In this document: piece after piece, positions 30,132 through 40,466 of the stretch
Layout of the letters: each line of letters begins with the position of its first letter
Position numbering within the stretch: the stretch's first letter is position 1
NCBI GenBank assembly: GCA_965207445.1
Contig: CBDBLX010000002.1
Location: 320,001 to 384,000 of the forward strand
Source of the DNA: Nitrosopumilus sp.
Lineage (GTDB): Archaea; Thermoproteota; Nitrososphaeria; Nitrososphaerales; Nitrosopumilaceae
Length of the DNA stretch: 64,000 nucleotides
Reading direction: 5' to 3'
The notes under the pieces: model-generated
What the model saw: the letters and a program-made list of their open reading frames with translations, nothing else
The model's database searches: none
What the model was told of the DNA's origin: nothing
Position numbers and translations under genes: made by a program

Positions 30132-30448
30132 AAGTATCTATGTGGAACTGTCAAGAACTGGTGACCTGTGACCCTCTGTCAAAACGGTGACCTGTCGGGG
30201 ATCTGGCAAGTTACAGGGACATGAAATCCTCTGGAAAGTATCTATGTGGAACTGTCAAGAACTGGTGACCTGTGACCCTCTGTCAAAACGGTGACCTGTC
30301 GGGGATCTGGCAAGTTACAGGGACATGAAATCCTCTGGAAAGTATCTATGTGGAACTGTCAAGAACTGGTGACCTGTGACCCTCTGTCAAAACGGTGACC
30401 TGTCGGGGATCTGGCAAGTTACAGGGACATGAAATCCTCTGGAAAGTA
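30132..30448. repeat. Perfect 104-bp tandem repeat, three copies
   Basis: Units start at 30132, 30236 and 30340. Each holds two CTGTCAA..C.GGTGACCTGT sub-repeats. Confidence 0.95.
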
Positions 30449-30570
30449 GGGGATGTGGAAGAATACGGTTGCATAAAGGTACCTCTAGGCGTGCCTGCGC
30501 AGGAGATCACGAATTTGCAACAGTATCTTAGTACCAAACGGTTATAATATTAGTTTCGTGTATACTAATC

Positions 30571-30726
30571 ATGACTACCGACAAGAGATCAACTTCAATG
30601 CGGAGCAAGTCACTCTCTTCTCAGGATACAAGTGTGGATCCTTCTTACGTGGGATTGCGACTAGAAGATGTCATAGATGACCGCGCCAAGCGGGCATCAA
30701 GCCGCTGGAACACTCGGCGTAGATAG
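30571..30726 (+). CDS. Possible 51-aa small protein (not in ORF track)
   Basis: ATG about 25 nt after a TTATAAT box. MTTDKRSTSMRSK...RWNTRRR*, convergent with the SDH protease gene. Confidence 0.3.
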   Translation: MTTDKRSTSMRSKSLSSQDTSVDPSYVGLRLEDVIDDRAKRASSRWNTRRR

Positions 30727-30735
30727 ACCCAACTC

Positions 30736-31608
30736 TTATTTCTTTGGTATGACATACCGGACAAAATGCTTGTCCGTGGCTTGTCCTATGTAGCGCGCGA
30801 ACCATCTGCGCATCATGTCCCACTCGCCGGTATTGGTACTGGCATCCTCCACATTAATGCCGATTGTCCTAGCAAATTCCTTCTGTATCACAAACTCGTG
30901 CGTCGGCAAATTGAATATCAGAGTATCAGTGATCTTCTTTACCTCTTCTTCCGAATATCCTACTCCTTCCAGTATCTTGGACAAGTACATCTGGCCCATA
31001 TGTACAATGTTATCCATTTCCACCATAATCGCCGGATCCAGCGAATCTACCAAGTGTTTCTCTACGTATGACAATTCATCGGGACGTTTCATGGCAATGC
31101 GGTCACTCAGATCCACCTCTGCCGTAGGCAGTGAATTTGCAGATATGTAACCGTCTTTGTATGGTACTTGTATGTCCACCGGACCAAGCTGGCTCATCAT
31201 CCCCATTCGTATACGGTTTCCCGTAAGCGCGAGCATTGTGCCTCCGCTTGCAGCTATGTGTGGCACGAATACGGTAATATCATCAAAACATTGTCGGACA
31301 GCCATGGCTATCTTGAATGAGGATGCAACAGCTCCTCCATGTGTGTTTACCAGCATATACAACCTGCGGGGCTTGACACTGTATTCTTTTATGATGGAAG
31401 TCAGAGCGTCTTCAATACTGAACTCGTCTGCTGTAGACATGGTGGACCAACCGAACTGTGCTGGTCCGTATCTGCGCGGTACGTAAGAGCCGACAAATGT
31501 AAGGAGTACTGTGTTGTTTTCATTTGAAAATGTCTGTAATTCAGAGTCATCCTCTTCCTTTACGTCAGTGATCCGAACTGTCTCGCTTGTTTTTGTGTCT
31601 GACCCCAA
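30736..31608 (-). CDS. ClpP/SppA-like serine protease (SDH family)
   Basis: VNTHGGAV, VFVPHIAASGGTMLAL, SQLGPVDIQ and PTHEFVI motifs. Confidence 0.85.
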   Translation of the reverse strand: MGSDTKTSETVRITDVKEEDDSELQTFSNENNTVLLTFVGSYVPRRYGPAQFGWSTMSTADEFSIEDALTSIIKEYSVKPRRLYMLVNTHGGAVASSFKIAMAVRQCFDDITVFVPHIAASGGTMLALTGNRIRMGMMSQLGPVDIQVPYKDGYISANSLPTAEVDLSDRIAMKRPDELSYVEKHLVDSLDPAIMVEMDNIVHMGQMYLSKILEGVGYSEEEVKKITDTLIFNLPTHEFVIQKEFARTIGINVEDASTNTGEWDMMRRWFARYIGQATDKHFVRYVIPKK

Positions 31609-31657
31609 GATCTATAGTAAAGTTGATGGTTATATAAACAGATCCGGTGCCTGTGGT

Positions 31658-31738
31658 GTAACTGTTCAACCCTCGTTACCTGCGCCCAGACGTTAGGCGG
31701 TGAATCTGTGCCTAAATTTGAAAAGGGACCGCGGTTAC
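31658..31738. mobile_element. IS66-type MITE, right TIR degenerate
   Basis: GTAACTGTTCAACCC...GCGGTTAC. Interior matches 1126-1206. Confidence 0.85.
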
Positions 31739-31812
31739 GTATTCTCTATTGTTCTGATACAAATTATGTAAGCATTTGATCACGTATTTATCCTATTTGT
31801 ATTGAGATTTTT

Positions 31813-31995
31813 TTAGCGCGCAGTATCTGTTGTTTCATCTGAATTGTTGTCTAGTTGATGTAATGCCGCGGCTTTACCTTGCTGGAACTCTTCTTCTGTA
31901 AGTTTACCTTTATCCTTGAGTTTGGATAACTCTTTGATCACATCTAGCGGATCTTGAATATGACGAAAATACATCTTATCGTGATTATCGCACAC
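31813..31995 (-). pseudogene. SHOCT-domain fragment (upstream part disrupted)
   Basis: IKELSKLKDKGKLTEEEFQQGK is a SHOCT pattern. Upstream frames contain stops. Confidence 0.55.
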
Positions 31996-32150
31996 GACCT
32001 ACATTTTTTACGTTTTATCACAACACCAAGACCGATCAATTTGTTGGTTTCTGGTGGAAACATATTATGTCCTTTGAGACAGTGACGCGTTTGAAGGTGT
32101 CTACCAATGAAGATGATATGCCTGCTGCCAACATATCCTCAAACATACAG

Positions 32151-32399
32151 TTATACCTCCTCTATAACTAGTGCCCCTTTTTCGTTTTTCCAAATCACAT
32201 ATCTAGAATCTAAGAAATTCATTCGATAGGGTTGCATAGTCTCCATATTATTCAGGTTTATAATAAATCCCTCATCTTTGATCAGCACAATATCTGGTGG
32301 GTTTACAAGAATGTCTGTTATGATCTTTGGCTTGGCAAGTATTGCAATGAGTGTAGACATCACCACTGAACTAATCTGAGATTGCGAGCCTAGACTCAT
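32151..32399 (-). CDS. Hypothetical protein
   Basis: 82-aa ORF coupled by ATGA overlap to the upstream ORF. Confidence 0.55.
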   Translation of the reverse strand: MSLGSQSQISSVVMSTLIAILAKPKIITDILVNPPDIVLIKDEGFIINLNNMETMQPYRMNFLDSRYVIWKNEKGALVIEEV

Positions 32400-32758
32400 G
32401 GCACAACACCGTCTAGTGCCTTGTGTAAATTGTCACGTATGTTTTGCAAGTTGTTCATGTTCTCATTTATTATGGTAAATTGTTTTTGGGTATCTTCAGG
32501 TGATATGTATTGGGCAAGATCATTAATGTCGGTGAGCGCGGCTATTAAAGCAGATGCTTTTTTAGGCGGCAAAACGGTCAATATTTCTTTGGTTGCCTCT
32601 TGTTTGGGCATATCCTCAAATGGCTTTATCTTTTTTTCATGCTCATTAAATATTCTATTTACTTGTTCCAATGCATCACAAATATCATCAAGAGTATCTC
32701 TTAACACACCTCCTGCTACCAGCACTAGTGGTTGATCAGAAGAAACAGTTGCTGTCAA
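32396..32758 (-). CDS. Hypothetical helical protein
   Basis: 120-aa ORF, TTG start with GAGGG upstream, translationally coupled to the next ORF. Confidence 0.55.
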   Translation of the reverse strand: MTATVSSDQPLVLVAGGVLRDTLDDICDALEQVNRIFNEHEKKIKPFEDMPKQEATKEILTVLPPKKASALIAALTDINDLAQYISPEDTQKQFTIINENMNNLQNIRDNLHKALDGVVP

Positions 32759-32939
32759 TGTATATCCCTCACTATTATTTTAATTTCTATGTATATTTGG
32801 TTTACGAGTAGATGGAAAAGTAAACTAAAAATTCATATAATTTTTGGTACAATCAAATTTTATGATAATATAATCATTTAAAACGACTCTTGTCAAATGT
32901 AGCGCATATTCAATATTGAAACAAGAATGTGACCAAATA

Positions 32940-33082
32940 CATGCATGTATCAATTCTTCAACAGGATTCATGTACGGATATCCCATTAAATACCACATCA
33001 ATATAATGTCCGGATGATTTTTGAAATATTTCTTATCTTCTTTGAGACGTGATGCTCTATCACACAAGCACCACATTTCCAA
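32940..33082 (-). pseudogene. Decayed IS630-family transposase fragment
   Basis: LCDRAS..KKYFKNHPDIILMWYL.GYPYMNPVEE resembles the DNA..H...LP.YSP.LNPIE segment of IS630. Confidence 0.6.
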
Positions 33083-33237
33083 TTTTTTGGTACATACTAT
33101 ATGCTCAAAAAATAAAGTTGTGTTTGCAGTGTTACAGGAATTATGAAATGATTTCCTAGTTGGTCATTGAACCCAATTGCTAAATCTGCGATGATTCTCA
33201 CTCCAAAATGAATAGTCCTAAAACGAGCATACGTGCA

Positions 33238-33461
33238 TAATAGTTTCATTAAAGATCCGATAGTTTTCTAATATTTTGTATTCATAATATGTGCTCAACT
33301 TTGAGATGAATATCAATCAAAATATCGGATCTTTAATCATATCAGTATGCATAATAATTTCATTAAAGATCCGATAGTTTTCTAATATTTTGTATTCATA
33401 ATATGTGCTCAACTTTGAGATGAATATCAATCAAAATATCGGATCTTTAATCATATCAGTA
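33238..33461. mobile_element. Head-to-tail dimer of the 110-bp IS630-type MITE
   Basis: Arrangement TGCA-[33238-33347]-TGCA-[33352-33461]-TGCA. Confidence 0.92.
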
Positions 33462-33585
33462 TGCACTACTGCTTTTGACCAAAACTTACGTACCCTCTCA
33501 AAATCTCAAATATGTGTCATGATTCATAATTGCAAGCGTCTTTTTGTAATTATTAAATACATCATATCGACAATTTATCTTGTTG

Positions 33586-33885
33586 ATGCTAACACCACGT
33601 GAAATTGACAAGATGTATGTATTTATCGCAGCTCAAATAGCAACACGACGCAAAGAACGCGGCCTAAAACTAAATCATCCTGAAGCAGTTGCAATTATCA
33701 CTGATCATATTTTAGAGGGGGCACGCGACGGCAAGACAGTCCCTGAGTTGATGAGCTCTGGCAGACATGTCTTGAGTAAAGATGATGTGCTGCCTCAAGT
33801 TCCAGATTTGATTCATTCTGTGCAGGTAGAGGCAACGTTTGAGGATGGCACAAAACTCGTGACTATACACGACCCGATAACTTGA
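33586..33885 (+). CDS. ureA: Urease gamma subunit
   Basis: [16 protein letters not shown] and [18 protein letters not shown]. Confidence 0.97.
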   Translation: MLTPREIDKMYVFIAAQIATRRKERGLKLNHPEAVAIITDHILEGARDGKTVPELMSSGRHVLSKDDVLPQVPDLIHSVQVEATFEDGTKLVTIHDPIT

Positions 33886-33941
33886 TGAGGTTCTATTATA
33901 CATGATCACTATTAAAATATACCATAATGTGAGGAATAATA

Positions 33942-34316
33942 ATGATTGAAAAACCCGGCGAGTATATCATATCTGATGATGATGGTGACATTACAATAAA
34001 TAAAGATCGTAAAACTGTCACGATACATGTGACAAATACAGGCGATCGTCCCATTCAAGTCGGATCACACACACACTTTTTTGAGGCAAACAAGTATCTG
34101 TCATTTGCACGTTTGCAGGCATACGGTTACCATCTAAACATACTTGCAGGAACTTCTGTGAGATTTGAGCCTGGTGACTCTAGAACAGTTGAACTAGTAG
34201 AGTATGCAGGAAGTCGTATAGTATATGGATTTGGTGGGCTAGTCAATGGTCAATTAGAGCAAAAAAAGAGTGATGCATTACGTGTGGCATCTGAGAGGGG
34301 GTACAAGTCGAGTTGA
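33942..34316 (+). CDS. ureB: Urease beta subunit
   Basis: [19 protein letters not shown] and GTSVRFEPG. Confidence 0.97.
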   Translation: MIEKPGEYIISDDDGDITINKDRKTVTIHVTNTGDRPIQVGSHTHFFEANKYLSFARLQAYGYHLNILAGTSVRFEPGDSRTVELVEYAGSRIVYGFGGLVNGQLEQKKSDALRVASERGYKSS

Positions 34317-34383
34317 TTATATTGTTGTTGCAATATGTGCTTGCAAGTGTCATGTGTACTAGTAGTTGCAATGATAAATTGGC

Positions 34384-36120
34384 ATGGAGGAGGCTGCTAC
34401 ACATACAATGACTCTAAATGTGCCGCGCAAACGTTATGCTGAATTATATGGACCCACGACAGGTGACAAGATAAGACTCGCTGATACTGATTTAATCGTA
34501 GAGATTGAGCAAGATCTACTCGTGCACGGAGATGAGCTAGTATTTGGTGGTGGTAAGAGTGCTCGTGATGGACTAGGGCAGGCAAGTGGCATACACAGAA
34601 AAGATTCAATTGATCTATTAATCACAAATGCCATCATAATTGATCCCATACTAGGTATAATCAAGGCAGATATTGGCATCAAAGATGGTCTAGTTGCCTG
34701 TGTGGGAAATGCTGGCAATCCAAATATTATGAATGATATTGATATGATAGTATCATCACACACAGAAGTGATTGCAGGTGAGCATACCATATGCACACCA
34801 GGTACAATAGATACACACATACATTTTATCTCACCACAACAAGCAATCGATGCCATATGTAATGGCACCACTACCATGATAGGCGGTGGAACGGGACCGG
34901 CAGATGGAAGTAAGGCTACTACCTGCACGCCTGGTGAGTGGAATATACACCGCATGATCGAATCAATCGATCACTATCCACTCAACTTTGGATTTCTTTG
35001 CAAAGGAAACGACTCTCAGCAAGACTCATTATTTGAGCAAATAAAAGCAGGTGCCTGTGGACTCAAACTACACGAGGACTGGGGGACTACACCTGCTACA
35101 ATAGACTCTGCATTACGTGTGGCAGACAAAACTGACACACAGGTGGCAATACACACTGATACATTAAATGAGTGCGGCTTTGTAGATGATACCATCGATG
35201 CTATTGCCAAGAGGACCATCCATACATATCACACTGAGGGCGCCGGAGGGGGACACGCACCTGATATCATAAAGGTAGCAGGTGAGCCCAATATACTCCC
35301 ATCATCTACCAATCCTACTAGACCATATACCGTAAATACACTCTCTGAGCATTTGGATATGATGATGGTGTGTCACCATCTTGATTCATCTGTTCCAGAG
35401 GACTTGTCGTTTGCAGAATCTCGCATACGTGGGGAGACTATAGCAGCAGAAGATGTTTTGCATGATATGGGTGCCATTTCAATGATGTCCTCTGATAGCC
35501 AGGCGATGGGGCGAGTCGGTGAGGTCACTACTCGTAATTGGCAGACAGCAGACAAGATGAAGCGCACAGCTGGCAGATTACCCAACGAGACCGGATACAA
35601 TGATAATCTGCGTGTGAAACGATATCTTGCTAAAATTACGATAAATCCTGCCATTACACATGGTATATCCAAATATGTGGGATCAATTGAGCCTGGGAAA
35701 TTGGCTGATATTGTAGTGTGGAGTCCGCAATTTTTTGGAGTAAAGCCCAAGATGATCATTAAAGGTGGACTCATTGCATACTCACTTATGGGTGATCCTA
35801 ATGCTAGTATACCTACTACAGAGCCAGTATATTACAGACCAATGTTCGGGGCACTAGGTGGGGCCAAACACACGACATCTGTGACGTTTACATCACAGAT
35901 GGCAATTGATGATCACCTATCTGAGAAATTAAATGTCTCAAAAAAGTTGGTTCCAGTGTGTGGTTGTCGTGATATTGGCAAACGTGATTTATTGTATAAT
36001 GACATTACGCCTAACATTGAGGTTAATGCAGAGACATACGAGGTTTTAGTAGATGGTAAACTAGCAACTACAACGCCTGCTATGTCTCTCTCACTTGCAA
36101 GACTGTATAATTTGTACTGA
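34384..36120 (+). CDS. ureC: Urease alpha subunit
   Basis: [41 protein letters not shown] and SDSQAMGR. Confidence 0.98.
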   Translation: MEEAATHTMTLNVPRKRYAELYGPTTGDKIRLADTDLIVEIEQDLLVHGDELVFGGGKSARDGLGQASGIHRKDSIDLLITNAIIIDPILGIIKADIGIKDGLVACVGNAGNPNIMNDIDMIVSSHTEVIAGEHTICTPGTIDTHIHFISPQQAIDAICNGTTTMIGGGTGPADGSKATTCTPGEWNIHRMIESIDHYPLNFGFLCKGNDSQQDSLFEQIKAGACGLKLHEDWGTTPATIDSALRVADKTDTQVAIHTDTLNECGFVDDTIDAIAKRTIHTYHTEGAGGGHAPDIIKVAGEPNILPSSTNPTRPYTVNTLSEHLDMMMVCHHLDSSVPEDLSFAESRIRGETIAAEDVLHDMGAISMMSSDSQAMGRVGEVTTRNWQTADKMKRTAGRLPNETGYNDNLRVKRYLAKITINPAITHGISKYVGSIEPGKLADIVVWSPQFFGVKPKMIIKGGLIAYSLMGDPNASIPTTEPVYYRPMFGALGGAKHTTSVTFTSQMAIDDHLSEKLNVSKKLVPVCGCRDIGKRDLLYNDITPNIEVNAETYEVLVDGKLATTTPAMSLSLARLYNLY

Positions 36121-36122
36121 TG

Positions 36123-36142
36123 AATAGTCGATGTCGACTATT
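36123..36142. repeat. 20-bp palindrome right after the ureC stop
   Basis: AATAGTCGA-TG-TCGACTATT. Confidence 0.6.
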
Positions 36143-36395
36143 TACCTTGGTTGGTATGTTTGAATGATGTATAATTCAAACAATGATCCAAAAATTTAAT
36201 ATTTTATGTTCATTTATTGTTCTTGATCCATATATTTGTCGTCGATAAAATTTTCGATTCTTTATTTGACATATGATGGTGTGTATGTTTGTTTGAGTTT
36301 GAGCATGCAATGCCCCCGATAATCGCATCAAATTTTTTGTATATAAAGCAAGAAACGTTTTGAAATGACTAGTACTAGTTTTACCAAATGGTGAC

Positions 36396-38597
36396 ATGGA
36401 ACGCAAGCAGCCATGTGCGACTAGTACTATATCTACTATAACTGCATCTGTTATTGCTCCAATAGAGTCAATTGCGTCGTATATAATACCTCAACGACAG
36501 ATGTTTTTGCCATTTTTAGCGGCAATGGTTGTAGTTGGTATGTTAGTTGCCATTGGTGTGCCAAATATTGCGTTTGGTGCTGGTGCCATTGCAGAAGGAT
36601 TTGCAATAGGTGATGTGTTAGATGAGGGCTGGGGCTGGTTTATTGTAGTTGGTCTTGGTGCTGTCTTTGCTGTTGTAATTACAATAGAGACAAAGGTCGA
36701 GGAGAGATACTTGGGAGTCTCTCAGACTTCAGAGTGGTTCAATACTGCTGGCAGGGTTATTAAAACAGGATTGACTGCTGCTGCCATTGTGTCGGCATGG
36801 ACGTGGGCGGCGACTCTTTTACAATCATCTACTGTAGCTTATCAGTATGGCGTAAGCGGTCCATTTTGGTATGCTGCTGGTGCATCTATTCAGGTTCTTC
36901 TCTTTGGTATTTTGGCAATAGAGCTCAAACGCAAAGCACCAAATGCGCATACATTTTTGGAGATCATACGAGCAAGGTATGGCGATGGTGCCCACCGCGT
37001 CTTTCTTGTCTTTGCATTGATGACAAACATGATAGTGACCGCCATGCTGCTACTTGGTGGTGCTGCTGTGGTTAATGGTTTGACTGGCATGGATATCTCA
37101 GTTGCAGCATTTCTGATACCGATTGGCGTGATGATATATACGCTGGTGGGTGGGCTAAAGGCGACATTTGTTGCAGATTACATGCATACTATCATTATAT
37201 TTATCGTGATACTTGTCTTTGTGGGTACTGTATACTTTGTCAGTCCCGTGACAGGTGGTGTTGAGGGCATGTACGAAAAGCTAGTAGAGGCCGCGCGTAT
37301 TAATCCTGTAGAAGGTAATGCGGCAGGTGCGTATCTGACCATGGCATCAATTGGTGGTCTGATATTTGGTGTCATAAATATCGTGGGTAATTTTGGTACC
37401 GTATTTGTAGACCAGGCGTACTGGCAGCGCGCAATTGCAGCTAGACCATCTTCGACTGTAAAAGGATTTTTGCTTGGTGGTGCATGTTGGTTTGCAATAC
37501 CATTTACACTTGCAACTACAATGGGACTCACCGCAGTAGCGCTAGGCGTTGATTTGACGCCTGAGCAGGTTCAGTTAGGACTTACCGTCCCGGCTGCGGC
37601 ATCTGTTTTAATGGGTGAGGTGGGTGCTGTTATGGTACTTACGATGTTATTTATGGCAGTGACTTCTGCTGGATCCGCAGAGTTGATTGCAGTCTCGTCG
37701 CTTGTCACATATGATGTGTATCGGACGTACAAGAATCCTAATGCTAGTGGCAAGCAGTTGCTAAAGGTGTCGCGCGCGACTATAGTTGGATTTGGTATAG
37801 GGATGGGTGGCTTGGCAGTTATACTGTTGAGTATGGGCCTGTCGTTAGGATTTGTATATCTGGCAATGGGCGTTCTGATAGGCTCTGCTGTGATTCCTAT
37901 TGCGCTGACGATAACGTGGAAGCGGACAAACAAGTATGCTGCTACTATTGGTGCGATCGCAGGGCTGGTTGTAGCACTAGGCACATGGGTAGGAGTTGCA
38001 GCATCTCTTCCGGAATTTGGCGGTGAGGTGTCATTGGCAAGTTTAGGACACAACTATTCTATGTTGTTTGGTAATATAGCAGGTATACTGACAGGTGGCG
38101 CCATTGCGGGATTGGGTAGTCTGGCAACAAGGACCAAATTTGACTGGCAATTGATGAAAGAGCGCATTAAACTAGTTGATATCAGTCAGGCTGAGATGGA
38201 TGCGTTGGATGATGATGAGAGGACTTTGCAAAAGGCATTCAAGTTTAGCCTAAAGGGTGGTGGGCTTATGACACTTGTGTTGATTATTGCGTGGCCCATG
38301 CCTCTGTTCTTTTCAGGATATGTCTTTGATATTGCATTTTATGGATTCTGGGTCGGCATAGCCGTGTCGTGGGTCAGCGTTGCAACCTTTTTTATAGTTG
38401 GATTGCCTATAATAGAAGCAAGGCATGGAATCGCACAAGTCGCACGTGGCAGGAGAGCAACGGCAGTTGCTACTGATACGGGTAGTAGTAGTGAAACGGC
38501 ATCGTCTAGTGATGATGATGACACTGATGACACTGATGACAAATCCCCTCCAAAACCTGACAATGATAATGATAATGCCGCTAAACCAGGAGCGTGA
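36396..38597 (+). CDS. DUR3-type urea active transporter (sodium:solute symporter family); true start may be downstream
   Basis: SAWTWAATLLQSS, GPFWYAAGA and NFGTVFVDQAYWQRAIAARP; many TM helices; next to ureC. Confidence 0.92.
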   Translation: MERKQPCATSTISTITASVIAPIESIASYIIPQRQMFLPFLAAMVVVGMLVAIGVPNIAFGAGAIAEGFAIGDVLDEGWGWFIVVGLGAVFAVVITIETKVEERYLGVSQTSEWFNTAGRVIKTGLTAAAIVSAWTWAATLLQSSTVAYQYGVSGPFWYAAGASIQVLLFGILAIELKRKAPNAHTFLEIIRARYGDGAHRVFLVFALMTNMIVTAMLLLGGAAVVNGLTGMDISVAAFLIPIGVMIYTLVGGLKATFVADYMHTIIIFIVILVFVGTVYFVSPVTGGVEGMYEKLVEAARINPVEGNAAGAYLTMASIGGLIFGVINIVGNFGTVFVDQAYWQRAIAARPSSTVKGFLLGGACWFAIPFTLATTMGLTAVALGVDLTPEQVQLGLTVPAAASVLMGEVGAVMVLTMLFMAVTSAGSAELIAVSSLVTYDVYRTYKNPNASGKQLLKVSRATIVGFGIGMGGLAVILLSMGLSLGFVYLAMGVLIGSAVIPIALTITWKRTNKYAATIGAIAGLVVALGTWVGVAASLPEFGGEVSLASLGHNYSMLFGNIAGILTGGAIAGLGSLATRTKFDWQLMKERIKLVDISQAEMDALDDDERTLQKAFKFSLKGGGLMTLVLIIAWPMPLFFSGYVFDIAFYGFWVGIAVSWVSVATFFIVGLPIIEARHGIAQVARGRRATAVATDTGSSSETASSSDDDDTDDTDDKSPPKPDNDNDNAAKPGA

Positions 38598-38603
38598 CCA
38601 CCA

Positions 38604-39152
38604 ATGACACACTGCAGTGGATGTGGTATTACCCTTGGGTGGAAAAAGTACAAGTTTCAGAGAATGTGGCGTATTCCGGGGTATTATTGCAAGCCATGTA
38701 TGCTAGAACTAGGAAAAGAGTTTGACAAGCATGCTCGTATTGTCAGTCCCACTCGTCAGTGTGACTTTTGCAATGTAGAGTACTATTTTATGAGGCCCTA
38801 CAATAAAGGTGGCATACATCACAATTACTGCCATGTGTGCTATGAGGCAGTCACAAATGGTGCTGTTCCTGCTCCTACCACACACAACAAAAATACAAAA
38901 AGGCTACCAACTCCACCACAAAGAATACCAATTGTAATGATTATCTTTGCTGGCCTTGGTGGACTGATGATGCTACTTGGATTAGGATTTACCATGATGT
39001 CAACTGGTGAGGATGCAAACGTGACACATATCCTGTTTGGTGCAATAACTACTGCACTAGGATTTGTCTTGATTCGCAAGACCTTAAAGTCGCGCAGTCT
39101 GCTGTTGGGACAGGCACGAAATAATGCAGCAGCATCTCAGCAATCAAAGTGA
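38604..39152 (+). CDS. Zinc-finger membrane protein
   Basis: Four CxxC motifs and two C-terminal TM helices. Confidence 0.75.
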   Translation: MTHCSGCGITLGWKKYKFQRMWRIPGYYCKPCMLELGKEFDKHARIVSPTRQCDFCNVEYYFMRPYNKGGIHHNYCHVCYEAVTNGAVPAPTTHNKNTKRLPTPPQRIPIVMIIFAGLGGLMMLLGLGFTMMSTGEDANVTHILFGAITTALGFVLIRKTLKSRSLLLGQARNNAAASQQSK

Positions 39153-40466
39153 CAATTTGGACTGAATCACTTTTGTGTAATTAATTATATACAAAAAGTG
39201 TACATACTTTTATCAATGATAATTCACTATTGTGGTAACTATTTTGCTTTTTGAAGTGCACATATAAGGTAAATGATCATGTGGATTTTTCCGATCATGA
39301 TGATCTCGGCATTGTATATTCATATATAATCAATTGGCAAGGATAGCGCGTAGTTGATTATAATACGCAGATGGACATTAATGATTCTGTAGTTTTAGCC
39401 AGGTTTGTATCCCTTGCACAGCATATCAAAAAAACTCTCGCCGCTGATCTTACCTGTTGCAAGCAGTGTGAATAATATTGAGTTGGCCTCCATACCACGA
39501 GACGTTCTGTTTCCACCACCATCATTTTTTATGGATACAAATACTCGATTAGTTCGTTCAACGTCATTATTGTCTGGTGGTATACCCTTTATGTGTAAAA
39601 AGGTGCTCATATGGTATCCTTCGCGTCTCCATCTCTTTTTGAATCTGTTTATTATGCCCTCTTTGTCACCGTCCCAGTCTTTTTCCTTTGTCCAATCATT
39701 GTTCATTAGTTGGCGCAGTTGGCTGTCCAAACAATATGAGGCCACTTGCCGTGTGTGAGGATCGTCTATTTCATCTGCTTTAAAGAATTGTTTGAATATT
39801 TGAACTAATGTGTTGAGAAATCGCAGTACTGCACCTTTTGGATTCACATAGTGGATGTCTTTTTTTGGCAGTCGAAGCTGATGTGACAAACACATCTGAT
39901 GTTGTACTCCAATGTGACCCCATGATGGATTAGAGTCATGTCGTACTAGTCCATTGTATTTTGGCAGGAATTTTTTGAGGGTGGATATTGTTTTGTTGTC
40001 AGTTATCTCTATTAGACAGCAGTCGTCTCCGAGCGCAATTAAACCGCACGCACGTTTTTTGTTTGCCCCAGGCCAGTCAAACTCATCACAGCCTAACTCG
40101 CTTTTGTTCAAAATTTTTTGTTTAATCTCATCGTGTTTTGGTTTTTGTGCTTTGGCATGTGATATCTTGTCACGATATGCCGCCGATGGGGAGATCTCAA
40201 CTTGCATGACATCTTTGCTGAATTCTGCAGTCTTTGCGTGTGATAGACCTTTCATGTTTAGTGTGACTGTGGTTGCAGAATGATTAGTTGAACGGCGTGC
40301 ATGAGGCCTTACGTTTGAAATGGGTTGCTGTACTTGCTTTTTGCATTTACTACACCAGCGACGTTTGATATCAAACTTGACATACTCTGTGATTGTTGTG
40401 ATAATTTGGACCACCCTGTCATACTCGTCTGTTATGGTCGATGAGAGTGGGTTTTTGCATTGTGGG

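Noticed and set aside
30132..30448. CRISPR array
   Set aside because: Units are identical along their whole 104 bp, with no unique spacers and no cas genes in the window.
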